A DNA stretch of 64,000 nucleotides from Porcipelethomonas sp. (lineage in GTDB: Bacteria; Bacillota; Clostridia; Oscillospirales; Ruminococcaceae): contig JBJEQV010000022.1 in NCBI GenBank assembly GCA_051881915.1, positions 1,338-65,337 on the forward strand. Reading direction: 5' to 3'. The translations under genes were made by a program, and so were the position numbers. Every line of letters starts with the position of its first letter. The first letter of the stretch is position 1. The notes beneath the pieces are model-generated. The model ran no database searches. It was not told where the DNA came from and saw only the letters and a program-made list of their open reading frames with translations. Positions 1 to 10,065 of the stretch are shown piece after piece.

Positions 1-976
1 TAGCACCGCCGTCACCGCCAGCAGCAGCAAGAAGGATAGCATCGCCGAAGCCCCATGTTGATACAAAGTAACCCATTGTATCATCTGTCTGACCAGCTGC
101 ATACCATTCGTCTGTCCACTGGTTAAGATCTGTAACGTAACCGTTGTCTCTCATGTTCTTAGCGAGATCAACGAATGTGTTGCAGAAGTCATCAACTGCA
201 AGAGTGCCGTCCTGAACCCAAGGTGTGGATCTGTTAGCAGCAAATGCCTGCCAGATACCGCCGAGTGTTGTTGTGAGGGCTGTCTTGCCGCCTGAAGCTT
301 CTGAAACTTCCTTAGCTGTAGCCTGGAATGCATCCCAGTCAGAAACCTTAGCCTGCATTTCTTCAGGTGACTTTACGCCGAGGTAAGATTCAGCAAGGTC
401 AGATCTGTAGCACCATGCACCAGGAGCTGCCTGCCATGAAACACCCTTGATTACACCGTTGGAATCCTTACCGATTTCCATTGTGTAGCCATACTGACCA
501 GCGAAATCAGATTCTGAGAAACCAAGATCGCTGAGAGGAGCTGTAGCTGTATCATCGTTGATGTACTTGAGAGCCCAGTCAGCTTCAACCATGAAGATAT
601 CTACATCTTCGCCGCCGAGGAAGTACTGATCATACTGAGCAGATGCTTCACCGCCGCCAACACCGAAGTTTACGAAGTTGATCTGATCTTCTGTGTAACC
701 TGCATCAGGGAGCCAGAAAGAAAGCATAGGATCAACGTCGTTAGCGTTCCAAGCGAGGATTGTCATCTTGTCGCCGCCTGAAGGAAGAGCGATTTCACCA
801 GCAGCGTCGCCGCCTTCTTCGCCGCCTTCTGCCTCTGTTGCCTCTTCCTCAGATGGAGAACTGTCGTTTGTAGCTGTAGATGTTGATGATGAATCTTCAT
901 CACCGCATCCAACGAATGCTGTTGCTGAGATTGCAAGTGTTGCAACCAGAGCTAATGTCTTTTTAAGCTTGTTCAT
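1..976 (-). CDS. Sugar ABC transporter substrate-binding lipoprotein (runs off the left end of the window; absent from the ORF track)
   Basis: Hand translation from ATG at 976 with GGAGG RBS: MNKLKKTLALVATLAISATAFVGC (lipobox), a Ser/Glu-rich linker, then DVDIFMVEADW...GVSWQAAPGAWCYRSDLA, typical of carbohydrate-binding SBPs. Frame open to base 1. Confidence 0.85.
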   Translation of the reverse strand, partial: MNKLKKTLALVATLAISATAFVGCGDEDSSSTSTATNDSSPSEEEATEAEGGEEGGDAAGEIALPSGGDKMTILAWNANDVDPMLSFWLPDAGYTEDQINFVNFGVGGGEASAQYDQYFLGGEDVDIFMVEADWALKYINDDTATAPLSDLGFSESDFAGQYGYTMEIGKDSNGVIKGVSWQAAPGAWCYRSDLAESYLGVKSPEEMQAKVSDWDAFQATAKEVSEASGGKTALTTTLGGIWQAFAANRSTPWVQDGTLAVDDFCNTFVDLAKNMRDNGYVTDLNQWTDEWYAAGQTDDTMGYFVSTWGFGDAILLAAAGGDGGA

Positions 977-1041
977 TGTAAGTTTTCCTCCTTAATGATT
1001 GTATTATATTTTTAAAAAATATAATAAACTTAAAATATGAT

Positions 1042-2064
1042 TTATGGAAACTGTTTTATGTATTTAACAGTATTTCCCTTGATAAGTCTGCCGCCGATTA
1101 TAATTTCACGCTCTGCTTCAGGAATTTCCTCTTTCCTTATCAGCTTTACAAGACTTTCGGCAGCACAGCGCCCGATCTCCACAGTATCCTGATAATATGT
1201 AGTAACATTAGGTGTTATCAGCTGTGTCATCCTTATTCCGTCAAACCCTACAACGGATACGTCATCAGGTATGGACAGACCGGCTTTTTTTGCCGCATTC
1301 ATAGCACCAATGGTGCATACATCATCAGGCAGAATAATACATGTCGGCGGATCGTAAAGCTCAAACATTGCAGCTGTAAGCTTTTCCGAGCCATCTGCAT
1401 CATGATATTTTCCCTGCCTCAGATAATCCGGCTGAACCTGAATCCCGAGATTCTTCATCGTATCTATGTATGAATTCAGGCGGTTTGTTGTAACCTGCGA
1501 ACTCTCACCGTAAATATAGGCAATTTTAGTATGTCCGCAGTTATATACATATTCCACAATTTCTTTCATCCCGAGAGAATTGTCAGATGATACGGAATAC
1601 TGATCCGGCGTCTGAAAATCAATCGAAACGATAGGTATTTCACTTGAAAAGAGCTTTGAGACCTCACTGTCATAAAAATCAACGCAGGCAGCAAGAATAC
1701 CGTCAACCTGTCTGTAACGGCAGTGCTCATAATACGACATTATGCTGTCGCCTATTTTCCCGCATATAAACGTTATATCAAACCCCTGCTTCTCGGCTGT
1801 AACCCTGAAGCTGTCCAGAACCGAAGAAAAAAAACTGTGAGTAAGACCATTATGAGCCTTATCGTCAAGAAGAACTCCGATATTATATGTTCTGTTGGTT
1901 TTCAGTGCCCTGGCCTGTGCATTCGGAAAATAACCAAGCCTTTTTGCGGTTTCACACACCATCTTTTTCGTGGACTCACTTACATCGCTGTGATTATTAA
2001 GTGCCTTGCTGACAGTTGCAACTGACACGCTGCATTCTTCAGCAATGGTTTTTATCGATACCAT
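1042..2064 (-). CDS. LacI-family transcriptional regulator
   Basis: N-terminal HTH SIKTIAEECSVSVATVSKALN, PN..ARAL hinge, C-terminal IPDDVSVVGFD. Confidence 0.95.
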   Translation of the reverse strand: MVSIKTIAEECSVSVATVSKALNNHSDVSESTKKMVCETAKRLGYFPNAQARALKTNRTYNIGVLLDDKAHNGLTHSFFSSVLDSFRVTAEKQGFDITFICGKIGDSIMSYYEHCRYRQVDGILAACVDFYDSEVSKLFSSEIPIVSIDFQTPDQYSVSSDNSLGMKEIVEYVYNCGHTKIAYIYGESSQVTTNRLNSYIDTMKNLGIQVQPDYLRQGKYHDADGSEKLTAAMFELYDPPTCIILPDDVCTIGAMNAAKKAGLSIPDDVSVVGFDGIRMTQLITPNVTTYYQDTVEIGRCAAESLVKLIRKEEIPEAEREIIIGGRLIKGNTVKYIKQFP

Positions 2065-2153
2065 TTTAACAACATTCGCACCTTTCAGATTCCAGTGTTT
2101 TTGCCCTAAAAAGCATATGAAACCATAAAATATTCAAACTCTTTCGTAACATT

Positions 2154-2182
2154 AATATACAATACATACGCAAAAAAGTCAA
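2154..2182 (-). promoter_or_regulatory. Predicted sigma-A promoter for lacI and the SBP gene
   Basis: TTGACT-17 bp-TATATT on the minus strand. Confidence 0.55.
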
Positions 2183-2427
2183 TGATAAATACCAATCCTT
2201 AATACTTTTTTAGCGTTTAATACAAATTTTACCGCTATGTTTTGTGCAAAAGAACGATTTTATCAAATCAATTTCAACATTATTACAAAACGGTAAACTT
2301 ATTATTCATTTACTTTTCACATGATTAATACATTTTTTGTCTGAATTATACATTTATTCCGGGATTGTTATAACAGAATTTATCTTTTTATAAAACTTCC
2401 GGTCTGACACACAGTAACATGAAAATT

Positions 2428-3189
2428 TCAGACTGTAAGATATTCATCAATTTCCGCAAGCTTTTCCTCCGTCATCCCCTCAGCATAAAGCAGTTCATAA
2501 ATATGCTGAAAATACTTTATGCTCGTCCTCAGGTCGATTATATTTCCGGCAAGCCTGCTGTCTATCCCGGGAAGCTTCATAAAATCCCCGGCGGACGCTG
2601 TGTTAATATTAATGATTCCGATTGTGGCTTCAGTCTGCGTTTCTTCCGTAATGTCCTCAGTTTCCTCAGGAACGTAAATCATCTGCTCCTGTGCTGCCAC
2701 TTCTTCAGGCGCATCGGTACAGACCGTCTCCGTTTCAGCTGCTCTCACAAACTCCTCTGTTACATATATATGTTCTCTTATTGACGCAAATGTCTTTTCA
2801 CCTATCCCGTCAACATTCATTATTTCTGTAATATCCGAAAATCCTCCCGTCTCATTCCTGTATCCTATGACCGCATATGCGGTTTTTTCACCGATACCAT
2901 CAAGACGGCATAATTCGTCCTTTCCTGCCCTGTTGATATCCACCATAAGGAACTCTGTTTCCGAAACAGCCACATACTCACAGCTTTCGGTTTCTGGCGA
3001 ATTCTCCGCGTAATTTTCAGAAATATGAATTTCTCCCGGTTTTTCAGCAGCATTTTCGGTATTGCTTATCCATAAAACTCCGTCCGTCTCAAATTCTTCA
3101 GTATCTTTCTGCACAGATGCAATAAGAGAAATAACTGAAGCTGTCACTGCTCCGCCGAAAACAAGATATACCAGTACTTTTCTGTTCAC
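2428..3189 (-). CDS. comEA: ComEA-like helix-hairpin-helix DNA-binding protein (two HhH modules)
   Basis: N-terminal TM segment; VDINRAGKDELCRLDGIGEKTA and ININTASAGDFMKLPGID motifs. Start uncertain; GTG at 3189 chosen because TTGAAA-17-TATACT places transcription start near 3225. Confidence 0.8.
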   Translation of the reverse strand: MNRKVLVYLVFGGAVTASVISLIASVQKDTEEFETDGVLWISNTENAAEKPGEIHISENYAENSPETESCEYVAVSETEFLMVDINRAGKDELCRLDGIGEKTAYAVIGYRNETGGFSDITEIMNVDGIGEKTFASIREHIYVTEEFVRAAETETVCTDAPEEVAAQEQMIYVPEETEDITEETQTEATIGIININTASAGDFMKLPGIDSRLAGNIIDLRTSIKYFQHIYELLYAEGMTEEKLAEIDEYLTV

Positions 3190-3290
3190 TTCTGCACCGC
3201 TTTCGATTTTTTTCGACATATATACACTAAAAGTATACAACAGAAAAAACGATTTTTCAAGTACAGATGAAAATTGTCACATTATATATT

Positions 3291-4724
3291 TTATGAAACA
3301 GTAAATTCAAGTATATTACTGACTCTCACATAAGTCCCTGCATTATCATCCCATGCGCTCAGATATATTTTGTATTTGTCGCCGGTACGGGGCTTTATTA
3401 CATCAATGCTGTTCATATCAAGTACAGTTTCATTTTCAGCATTGCGCTGAAGCACATAAACTCCGTTTTTATAAATCTCCCAGCCAAGTCCGTGGTATCC
3501 CTTCACTTCATCTCTTGAAATACGGCAGTCCTGATCTGATTCAATAGTAAACACTTCATCAGCTTCAGCCGAACTGCTCCTTTTCTCCCTTGATGACATA
3601 TAAGGATAATCCGCACCGTTAACCTTCACATCACAGTTACAGTTTGTAAAGGTCATTCCGCTTTCGTCGCCGACCAGTGCTCCGCAGCAGTCACCATCTG
3701 TTTCGATCATGCCTGACGCCGAAACATTTACTATTTCGTTCATTTTATAGCTGACCCCGCAAAGAATACCTGTAGAATCCTCCCCCTGAACATATGCTTT
3801 GTCAAAGATAAGATCAGACACCTCGAGAATATCCGCATATCCTATAAATCCGACTTCTCTGCCATCTGAAACAATACACATATTGCTTATAGTATGCCCT
3901 CTGCCCTCAATATGAAAGCTGTTGTTATTTGTTTTTCTGCTTCCCATGGAAGCCCATCTGTAACCATTCAGATCAATATCATTTTCAAGATAAATGAAGA
4001 TCTTTTCATCTGCCGAAGTATTTGCATAATAAACAGCCCCTGCAAGCTGCTGAGGAGTCGAAACATAAAAATACGGTGCATTTTCAATTGCCCAGTTTTT
4101 ATCTGCGATTTTCATTATATCCCCTGTGTTCCCTTCACGCTCCCAGTCCGATATGAAGTCTGTCTTATCCGTTTCGTATTCATATCCTGCTGTGCTTCTG
4201 CCCCATGTCTTATTCCACTGGTAAATATCATCCAGCATATATATTCCCTCTGACGTAACAGGGACAGAAACTGTATTTCCATCCTGATCCAGTGAAAAAC
4301 CATTGATCTCATCGACGCTTATTCCTCTGTTATAAAGAACAATAATATTCCTTTCAGGAATCCACCGCAGTTCATTTTCATCATATCCGATTTTCAGCGT
4401 TATATTGCTTACATCCTCATTATACGAAATCTCAAGCGGCACGCCGATAAGTCCGGCTGTTTCGGCTGCATAGCTGTTGACGCCGTATACATCTTCCACT
4501 GTAACCTTATCCCTTATGTTTCCGGAGCAATCAGCAGTAATTTCAGCAAACAGGATTTCCGGCCTGTCCGGATTTCTGATTTCCTGAACCATTGTCTGTG
4601 TACGGACTGTCTCATCGTAAATCACATAATCAGTATCATCATTTATTCTTGCATCTCCATAAGAATTTCCCATAAAAAGTCCCAGAAAAATAATTAACAA
4701 GATAGTTTTCATACAATTCTCCAT
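3291..4724 (-). CDS. Secreted hypothetical protein with a GLUG/beta-helix-like surface domain
   Basis: Signal peptide; VSTPQQLA..IYLENDIDLNGYRWASMG..EGRGHTISN pattern seen in GLUG-repeat surface proteins. Confidence 0.6.
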   Translation of the reverse strand: MENCMKTILLIIFLGLFMGNSYGDARINDDTDYVIYDETVRTQTMVQEIRNPDRPEILFAEITADCSGNIRDKVTVEDVYGVNSYAAETAGLIGVPLEISYNEDVSNITLKIGYDENELRWIPERNIIVLYNRGISVDEINGFSLDQDGNTVSVPVTSEGIYMLDDIYQWNKTWGRSTAGYEYETDKTDFISDWEREGNTGDIMKIADKNWAIENAPYFYVSTPQQLAGAVYYANTSADEKIFIYLENDIDLNGYRWASMGSRKTNNNSFHIEGRGHTISNMCIVSDGREVGFIGYADILEVSDLIFDKAYVQGEDSTGILCGVSYKMNEIVNVSASGMIETDGDCCGALVGDESGMTFTNCNCDVKVNGADYPYMSSREKRSSSAEADEVFTIESDQDCRISRDEVKGYHGLGWEIYKNGVYVLQRNAENETVLDMNSIDVIKPRTGDKYKIYLSAWDDNAGTYVRVSNILEFTVS

Positions 4725-4910
4725 CCCCCTGATCCGAGCACAACGTCAATGAGCGCTGCTCCCCGAGCTGTCAGATAATATTGTAAACTTTTTTATATTA
4801 TATCACATTTTATTAACCGGATCAAACAGTCTTCCCGTTCATTTTTTCGTAATATTCATATTTATACTGTCTCCGCCGGATTTTATTTTGTACACCGGAT
4901 CGGGTAAAAC

Positions 4911-4941
4911 AAAAAGCGTCTGCAATCTCTTGCAAACGCTT
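4911..4941 (-). terminator. Intrinsic terminator after tRNA-Gly
   Basis: AAGCGTCTGCAA/TTGCAAACGCTT stem followed by a T run on the minus strand. Confidence 0.7.
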
Positions 4942-4956
4942 CATTCACAAAATTTA

Positions 4957-5030
<74 letters not shown>

Positions 5031-5158
5031 ATTTCGGTGCTGAATCAAAACCTCAACTCAACGATGTTTATTATATCACAGTCACTTTTAAATGTCAATA
5101 CCTTTTTTGAAATTTTTTCAAAAAAATATTCCGGCTGTAAAAACCGGAATGTTTTATA

Positions 5159-5932
5159 CTATATCTGCCCTTTCACTTTCATAAGCGCACCCTTCTCAAG
5201 CCTTGAAACCTGTGCCTGAGAAATGCCGATCTCATTTGCGACTTCAACCTGAGTTTTCCCCTGAAAAAATCTTCGGTAAAGTATGTCCTTTTCACGGGCA
5301 TGAAGCGCCTTTATAGCTTCTCTGAGGGAAAGTTCATCCAGCCAGCTGTCAACATCATTCTTATCGCCTATCTGGTCCAGAACATAAAGGGTGTCCCCGG
5401 AATCAGAATAAACCGGTTCGTAAAGAGAAACGGGATCGCTTATACTTTCCAGCGCCATTACCACATCGCATCTCTGAGCACCTATGGTCTTTGCGATCTC
5501 CTCAATAGTCGGCTCCTTCTGATTTTCCGCTGTAAGCTGTTCCTTTGCCTGCATAGCCTTGTATGCAAGATCTCTCATTGAACGGCTGACCTTTATGTGA
5601 TTGTAATCTCTGAGGAACCGCCTTAGTTCTCCTGTTATCATAGGAACGCAGTAGGTCGAAAACCTGACCTCCTTTGACAGGTCAAAGTTATTGATAGCCT
5701 TAATAAGCCCGACAACCCCTATCTGGAACAGATCGTCAACATCCTCTCCCCTGTTCGTGAATTTCTGTATAACGCTCAGAACAAGCCTCAGATTGCCGTT
5801 TATAAGCTTATCCTTTGCCTCCTTGCTTCCCGTCTCCTGGTATTCCTTCAGCAGGGCTATTTTTTCGCTTTCCTTTAATACTGTCAGCTTAGATGTATTG
5901 ATTCCCGATATGACAACCTTGTTATATGCCAC
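5159..5932 (-). CDS. sigG: Sporulation sigma factor G
   Basis: NKVVISGINTSKLTVL N-terminus, DDLFQIGVVGLIKA, ISQAQVSRLEK; lies after sigE. Confidence 0.95.
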   Translation of the reverse strand: MAYNKVVISGINTSKLTVLKESEKIALLKEYQETGSKEAKDKLINGNLRLVLSVIQKFTNRGEDVDDLFQIGVVGLIKAINNFDLSKEVRFSTYCVPMITGELRRFLRDYNHIKVSRSMRDLAYKAMQAKEQLTAENQKEPTIEEIAKTIGAQRCDVVMALESISDPVSLYEPVYSDSGDTLYVLDQIGDKNDVDSWLDELSLREAIKALHAREKDILYRRFFQGKTQVEVANEIGISQAQVSRLEKGALMKVKGQI

Positions 5933-5998
5933 GACAAAGCCACCTCACAATATTTTATACCGTAAGTATTGGCTTTTTTCACCTTTTAATACAATGCG

Positions 5999-6703
5999 TC
6001 AGTATTTTTCCATTTCGATTTTAAGCCGCTTTATGATCTTTTTTTCAAGTCTTGATATATATGACTGAGAAATACCTATTATATCCGCAACTTCCTTCTG
6101 CGTTTTTTCCTTTCCGTCCAAAAGCCCGAAACGCATCTGCATGATCTGCTTTTCTCTGCCGCCCAGCGAATCCACAGCTTCCCTGAGCATATCCTTTTCA
6201 GCTTCTGATTCTATTCCTTTGTTTACCACATCGTCATCTGTGCCAAGAACGTCAGAAAGCAACAGCTCATTGCCGTCCCAGTCAACATTGAGCGGCTCAT
6301 CAATAGAAATCTCGTTCCTGTACTGAGATGATTTTCTCAGGAACATAAGGATCTCATTTTCTATGCATCGTGACGCATATGTTGCAAGCTTAATATTTTT
6401 ATCGGGTCTGAATGTTTTAACCGCTTTTATAAGCCCTATTGTGCCTATGGAAACAAGATCCTCGATCCCCGTGCCTGAGGACTCAAATTTTCTTGCAATG
6501 TAGACCACAAGCCTTAAATTATGTACAATAAGCTTTTCTCTTGCCGCTTCGCTGCCGTTATCGAGCGCTGCAAAGGTTTCCGCCTCTTCCTCTTTGGTAA
6601 GGGGCGGCGGAAGCGTATCAGGCCCGTTTATGTAATCCACTCTGTCTCCCTGTGTTTTTTCCAGCAGTTTCATAACCATAGCGCAAATTCTTTTACCTAT
6701 CAT
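5999..6703 (-). CDS. sigE: Sporulation sigma factor E (pro-form)
   Basis: [57 protein letters not shown]; start set at ATG 6703 with GGAG RBS. Confidence 0.95.
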   Translation of the reverse strand: MIGKRICAMVMKLLEKTQGDRVDYINGPDTLPPPLTKEEEAETFAALDNGSEAAREKLIVHNLRLVVYIARKFESSGTGIEDLVSIGTIGLIKAVKTFRPDKNIKLATYASRCIENEILMFLRKSSQYRNEISIDEPLNVDWDGNELLLSDVLGTDDDVVNKGIESEAEKDMLREAVDSLGGREKQIMQMRFGLLDGKEKTQKEVADIIGISQSYISRLEKKIIKRLKIEMEKY

Positions 6704-6800
6704 AAAAATCTCCATTCTGTTTGTCGGCTGCCAATTAAATTTCCGGGCATGATGATGCCGGGATCTGACCGTCATGATTTTTCATGCGGGCATCCCTTTA

Positions 6801-7631
6801 TCAGACCAGAAGCCCCGGATTAAAAATTGCAGGTGTATCCCCGGAATTTATTCCTATCAGTGCATCAACGCACTTCCTTTTGTCGGATTCATTATCGCAT
6901 ATTATGACTTCATCCGGTGAAAACACCGGTATCAAGCCGGTATTTCCGATAGTTTTGTAAGGAACAAGTCTCATTCCCTCCTCAAGTATCTTTTCAGGCT
7001 CCATATCCGTACTGATATTTTGCTTTATGCTCCCCAGACCCTCTCTGCCGCATATTATTACAGGCTTTCCGCTGAACATATCCACCAGCGAATTGCCTGT
7101 ATCCGCAATTGCTTCCAGAGAAACTATCACACCGTCACACTTTATGATCACCTTATAGCTGTGCGAACGGTCACAGCCTTTATCCATAAAAAAGCGGCAT
7201 ACAGATACTGCTATGTATGCAAGAGCTGTAAATACAACAAGACTCAGCAGAGAAAAATCAATATAAAACCAGCTGTTGTTGAAAGCCATAAAGGATGGAC
7301 GGAAAATTTCATACATAAGCATTACAAATCCGCCGAAAATGAAATTAACTATGTAAAAATAAACCACAAGCTTTGCAGTATGACGTTTATCCTTTATCCC
7401 GAAAGCCATTGCAACTATAACAATTGCTGCTATAAGCTTTATGCCGAGATTTACGATCATACCCGTTTCCGGCAGCAATATTACCAGCGAAAAAAAGCTG
7501 CCTGCAAAAGATGAAAGCACACACCGGCTTGTTTTAACATGTGTATGAGTGATTTTTCCAGTCCCTTTCAAAAGAAAATAATTGACATATATGTTCAGAA
7601 CGATAAGAACGTCCAGATATATGCATTTCAT
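6801..7631 (-). CDS. spoIIGA: Pro-sigmaE processing peptidase SpoIIGA
   Basis: IYLDVL..LN N-terminus, TM segments, aspartic protease motif DTGNSLVD; directly upstream of sigE. Confidence 0.92.
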   Translation of the reverse strand: MKCIYLDVLIVLNIYVNYFLLKGTGKITHTHVKTSRCVLSSFAGSFFSLVILLPETGMIVNLGIKLIAAIVIVAMAFGIKDKRHTAKLVVYFYIVNFIFGGFVMLMYEIFRPSFMAFNNSWFYIDFSLLSLVVFTALAYIAVSVCRFFMDKGCDRSHSYKVIIKCDGVIVSLEAIADTGNSLVDMFSGKPVIICGREGLGSIKQNISTDMEPEKILEEGMRLVPYKTIGNTGLIPVFSPDEVIICDNESDKRKCVDALIGINSGDTPAIFNPGLLV

Positions 7632-7659
7632 TTCATCACCGCCTCCCGGACATATTTAT

Positions 7660-7693
7660 ATTATAAGCCTGTTCACCGGGATTTTTATGTCGC
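7660..7693 (-). promoter_or_regulatory. Candidate Spo0A-activated spoIIG promoter
   Basis: GCGACA-22 bp-TATAAT on the minus strand; plus strand TGTCGC resembles a 0A box. Over-long spacing as in B. subtilis PspoIIG. Confidence 0.5.
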
Positions 7694-7913
7694 TTCATGC
7701 GGGCAGAAAATATCGGAGCTAAAAAAATACGGAGACAACAGGTACGTATCAAAATTATCCTTTGAGCAATGAGTCAGATGCGGCACTGCGTTTTTATGCG
7801 TTGACTTTTCTGAATCTTAGTGGTATATTTGATTCAATGATAAATTATTTACAGGAAAGCAGAACTGATATTTCACAAAATACCAACAGCTTCACATTTT
7901 TCTGCGGAATAAC

Positions 7914-7958
7914 AAAAAATAACCTGAGAAGAAAATCTTCTCAGGTTATACTTTTTTT
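7914..7958 (-). terminator. Intrinsic terminator of the prfA-sua5-coaE-peptidase operon
   Basis: ATAACCTGAGAAGA/TCTTCTCAGGTTAT inverted repeat flanked by A and T tracts. Confidence 0.75.
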
Positions 7959-8005
7959 ACAGGAGACAGCTTTATGAGCCCCCGTACTCAGAATTTATAT
8001 ATAGA

Positions 8006-9415
8006 TTAATTATTGTCGTTTACAAACGCTTCAAACGCCTTATAGGTCATATATACGTCAATTTTTGAAACAGTTTCAAAAGGAGCATGCATTGAAAGCA
8101 CCGGAACGCCTACGTCAATTGTATCCACATTCAGGTTGGCAATATAAGCTGCAACAGTTCCGCCGCCGCCCATATCTACCTTTCCAAGCTCGCCTGTCTG
8201 CCAGATAACATTGTTTTTATCCAGAAGACTGCGGATCTTTCCTACAAACTCTGCCGAAGCGTCGGAAGTACCCGACTTTCCTCTTGCTCCTGTAAACTTG
8301 GTAACAACTACGCCATAGTTAATGAAAGCACAGTTTCTCTTGTCCATAACATCAGGGAATGTAGGGTCAAATGCCGCATTAACGTCAGCAGACATACACT
8401 GTGAATTTGAAAGAACTTCTCTTCCCTCAGCGCCGAACTCTGCCGCAATATCAGCGATAAAATATTTGAGGTAAGCCGACTGAAGACCCGTATTTCCGTC
8501 GCTTCCCGTTTCTTCCTTATCCGTCAGGACTGTCACGGCAGTATATTTCGGATATTCACATTCAGCAGCTGCCATAAGAGCTGTATATGCACATACTCTG
8601 TCATCATGCCCGTAGGAACCGATAAGACTCCTGTCAAAGCCTACATCCTTTGCCTTAAAGGCAGGAACAGCTTCAAGCTCAGCTGAAAGGAAATCGCTTT
8701 CAGTAATGCCATACTTCTCATACAGTATATTCAGTATATTAAGCTTTACAGCCTCGCTGAGATTATCTTCCTTAAACGGACGTGAACCGATAACAATATT
8801 AAGCTCCTCGCCCTTTATTCCCTGCGCAAGATTACGCTTCATCTGATCAGCTGCAAGATGCGGAAGAAGATCGTTTACACAGAAAACAGGATCGTTTTCA
8901 TCCTCGCCTATCCTTACGCTAATCTGTGTTCCGTCAGCCTTTACGATAACACCATGAAGCGCAAGCGGAATCACAGCCCACTGATATTTTTTGATACCGC
9001 CGTAATAATGAGTCTTGAAAAGCGCCATTTCGGTATCCTCATAAACAGGGCACTGCTTCAGATCAAGCCTTGGCGAATCGATATGCGCTGCGCAAAGTCT
9101 CACGCCTTTTCTTATATCCTCTGTGCCGATAACAGCCATAATAACAGCCTTGCCTCTGTTATTTACATAAATTTTATCGCCGGCTTTCAGTCCCATACCG
9201 GGTTTAAATTCCTTAAAGCCTCTCTTTTCAAGCAGCGACACTGTATAGTCAACAGCCTCCCGCTCTGTTTTGGCAAAATTCAAAAATTCCTTATACTTCT
9301 CGCAGAAATCATCGCACCTGCTGATCTCGTCATCTTCCATTTTCAAAACAGCATTTTTTCTTTTAAGCATAAGGAGCTCTTTGAGCTCATTTCCTTTTGT
9401 TTTTTCATTACTCAT
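8006..9415 (-). CDS. M18-family aminopeptidase
   Basis: AHIDSPRLD, YGHDDR, DKEE and LSMHAP zinc-ligand motifs. Confidence 0.9.
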   Translation of the reverse strand: MSNEKTKGNELKELLMLKRKNAVLKMEDDEISRCDDFCEKYKEFLNFAKTEREAVDYTVSLLEKRGFKEFKPGMGLKAGDKIYVNNRGKAVIMAVIGTEDIRKGVRLCAAHIDSPRLDLKQCPVYEDTEMALFKTHYYGGIKKYQWAVIPLALHGVIVKADGTQISVRIGEDENDPVFCVNDLLPHLAADQMKRNLAQGIKGEELNIVIGSRPFKEDNLSEAVKLNILNILYEKYGITESDFLSAELEAVPAFKAKDVGFDRSLIGSYGHDDRVCAYTALMAAAECEYPKYTAVTVLTDKEETGSDGNTGLQSAYLKYFIADIAAEFGAEGREVLSNSQCMSADVNAAFDPTFPDVMDKRNCAFINYGVVVTKFTGARGKSGTSDASAEFVGKIRSLLDKNNVIWQTGELGKVDMGGGGTVAAYIANLNVDTIDVGVPVLSMHAPFETVSKIDVYMTYKAFEAFVNDNN

Positions 9416-9429
9416 ATTTATTCCTCCAC

Positions 9430-10065
9430 TCAGCAATTATATTTATTATTATAATAATCTTTTATTTTATCCGAAACTTCCTTGGCAACATCATAAAGAT
9501 TTTCTTCATCGCTGTTGTTTTTTATTATAAAATCAGAATTATTCCTGAAAAAATCCTCCTGAAGCTGGGAAGACATACGGTTAAGCGCTTCCTCTTCAGT
9601 TATTCCGTCTCTTTTCATTATCCTCAGCTTTCTCAGATCATCTCTTGAAATAACGGAAATAATGAGCTCGCAAAAATCGTCCGCTCTGCTTTCAAAAAGA
9701 GTAGGCGCGTCAAGGAGGATAAGCTTTTTTCCGTCACCCGAAAGCTTTTTGATGGTTTTCAGGATTTCAGATGTAATATATGGATATGTAATGGAGTTGA
9801 GCAGTTCAAGCTTTGATTTATCAGTAAATACAATTGAAGCCAGAAGTCGGCGGTCAAGAGATCCGTCCCCAAGGATCACATCAGCACCGAAAAACTCCTC
9901 TATATCTTTAAGGCACGGTCTTCCGGGCCCCATCACATCTCTTGCGATCATATCAGCATTGATGACCGAAAACCCGTTATTTATAAATACATCGCAAACC
10001 GTTGTTTTACCCGAACCTGTCTGGCCCGTAAGCCCCACGACCATTACCCCGTCAAGACTGTTCAT
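9430..10065 (-). CDS. coaE: Dephospho-CoA kinase
   Basis: VGLTGQTGSGKTT, NADMIAR, LDRRLLA, LDAPTLFE. Confidence 0.93.
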   Translation of the reverse strand: MNSLDGVMVVGLTGQTGSGKTTVCDVFINNGFSVINADMIARDVMGPGRPCLKDIEEFFGADVILGDGSLDRRLLASIVFTDKSKLELLNSITYPYITSEILKTIKKLSGDGKKLILLDAPTLFESRADDFCELIISVISRDDLRKLRIMKRDGITEEEALNRMSSQLQEDFFRNNSDFIIKNNSDEENLYDVAKEVSDKIKDYYNNKYNC

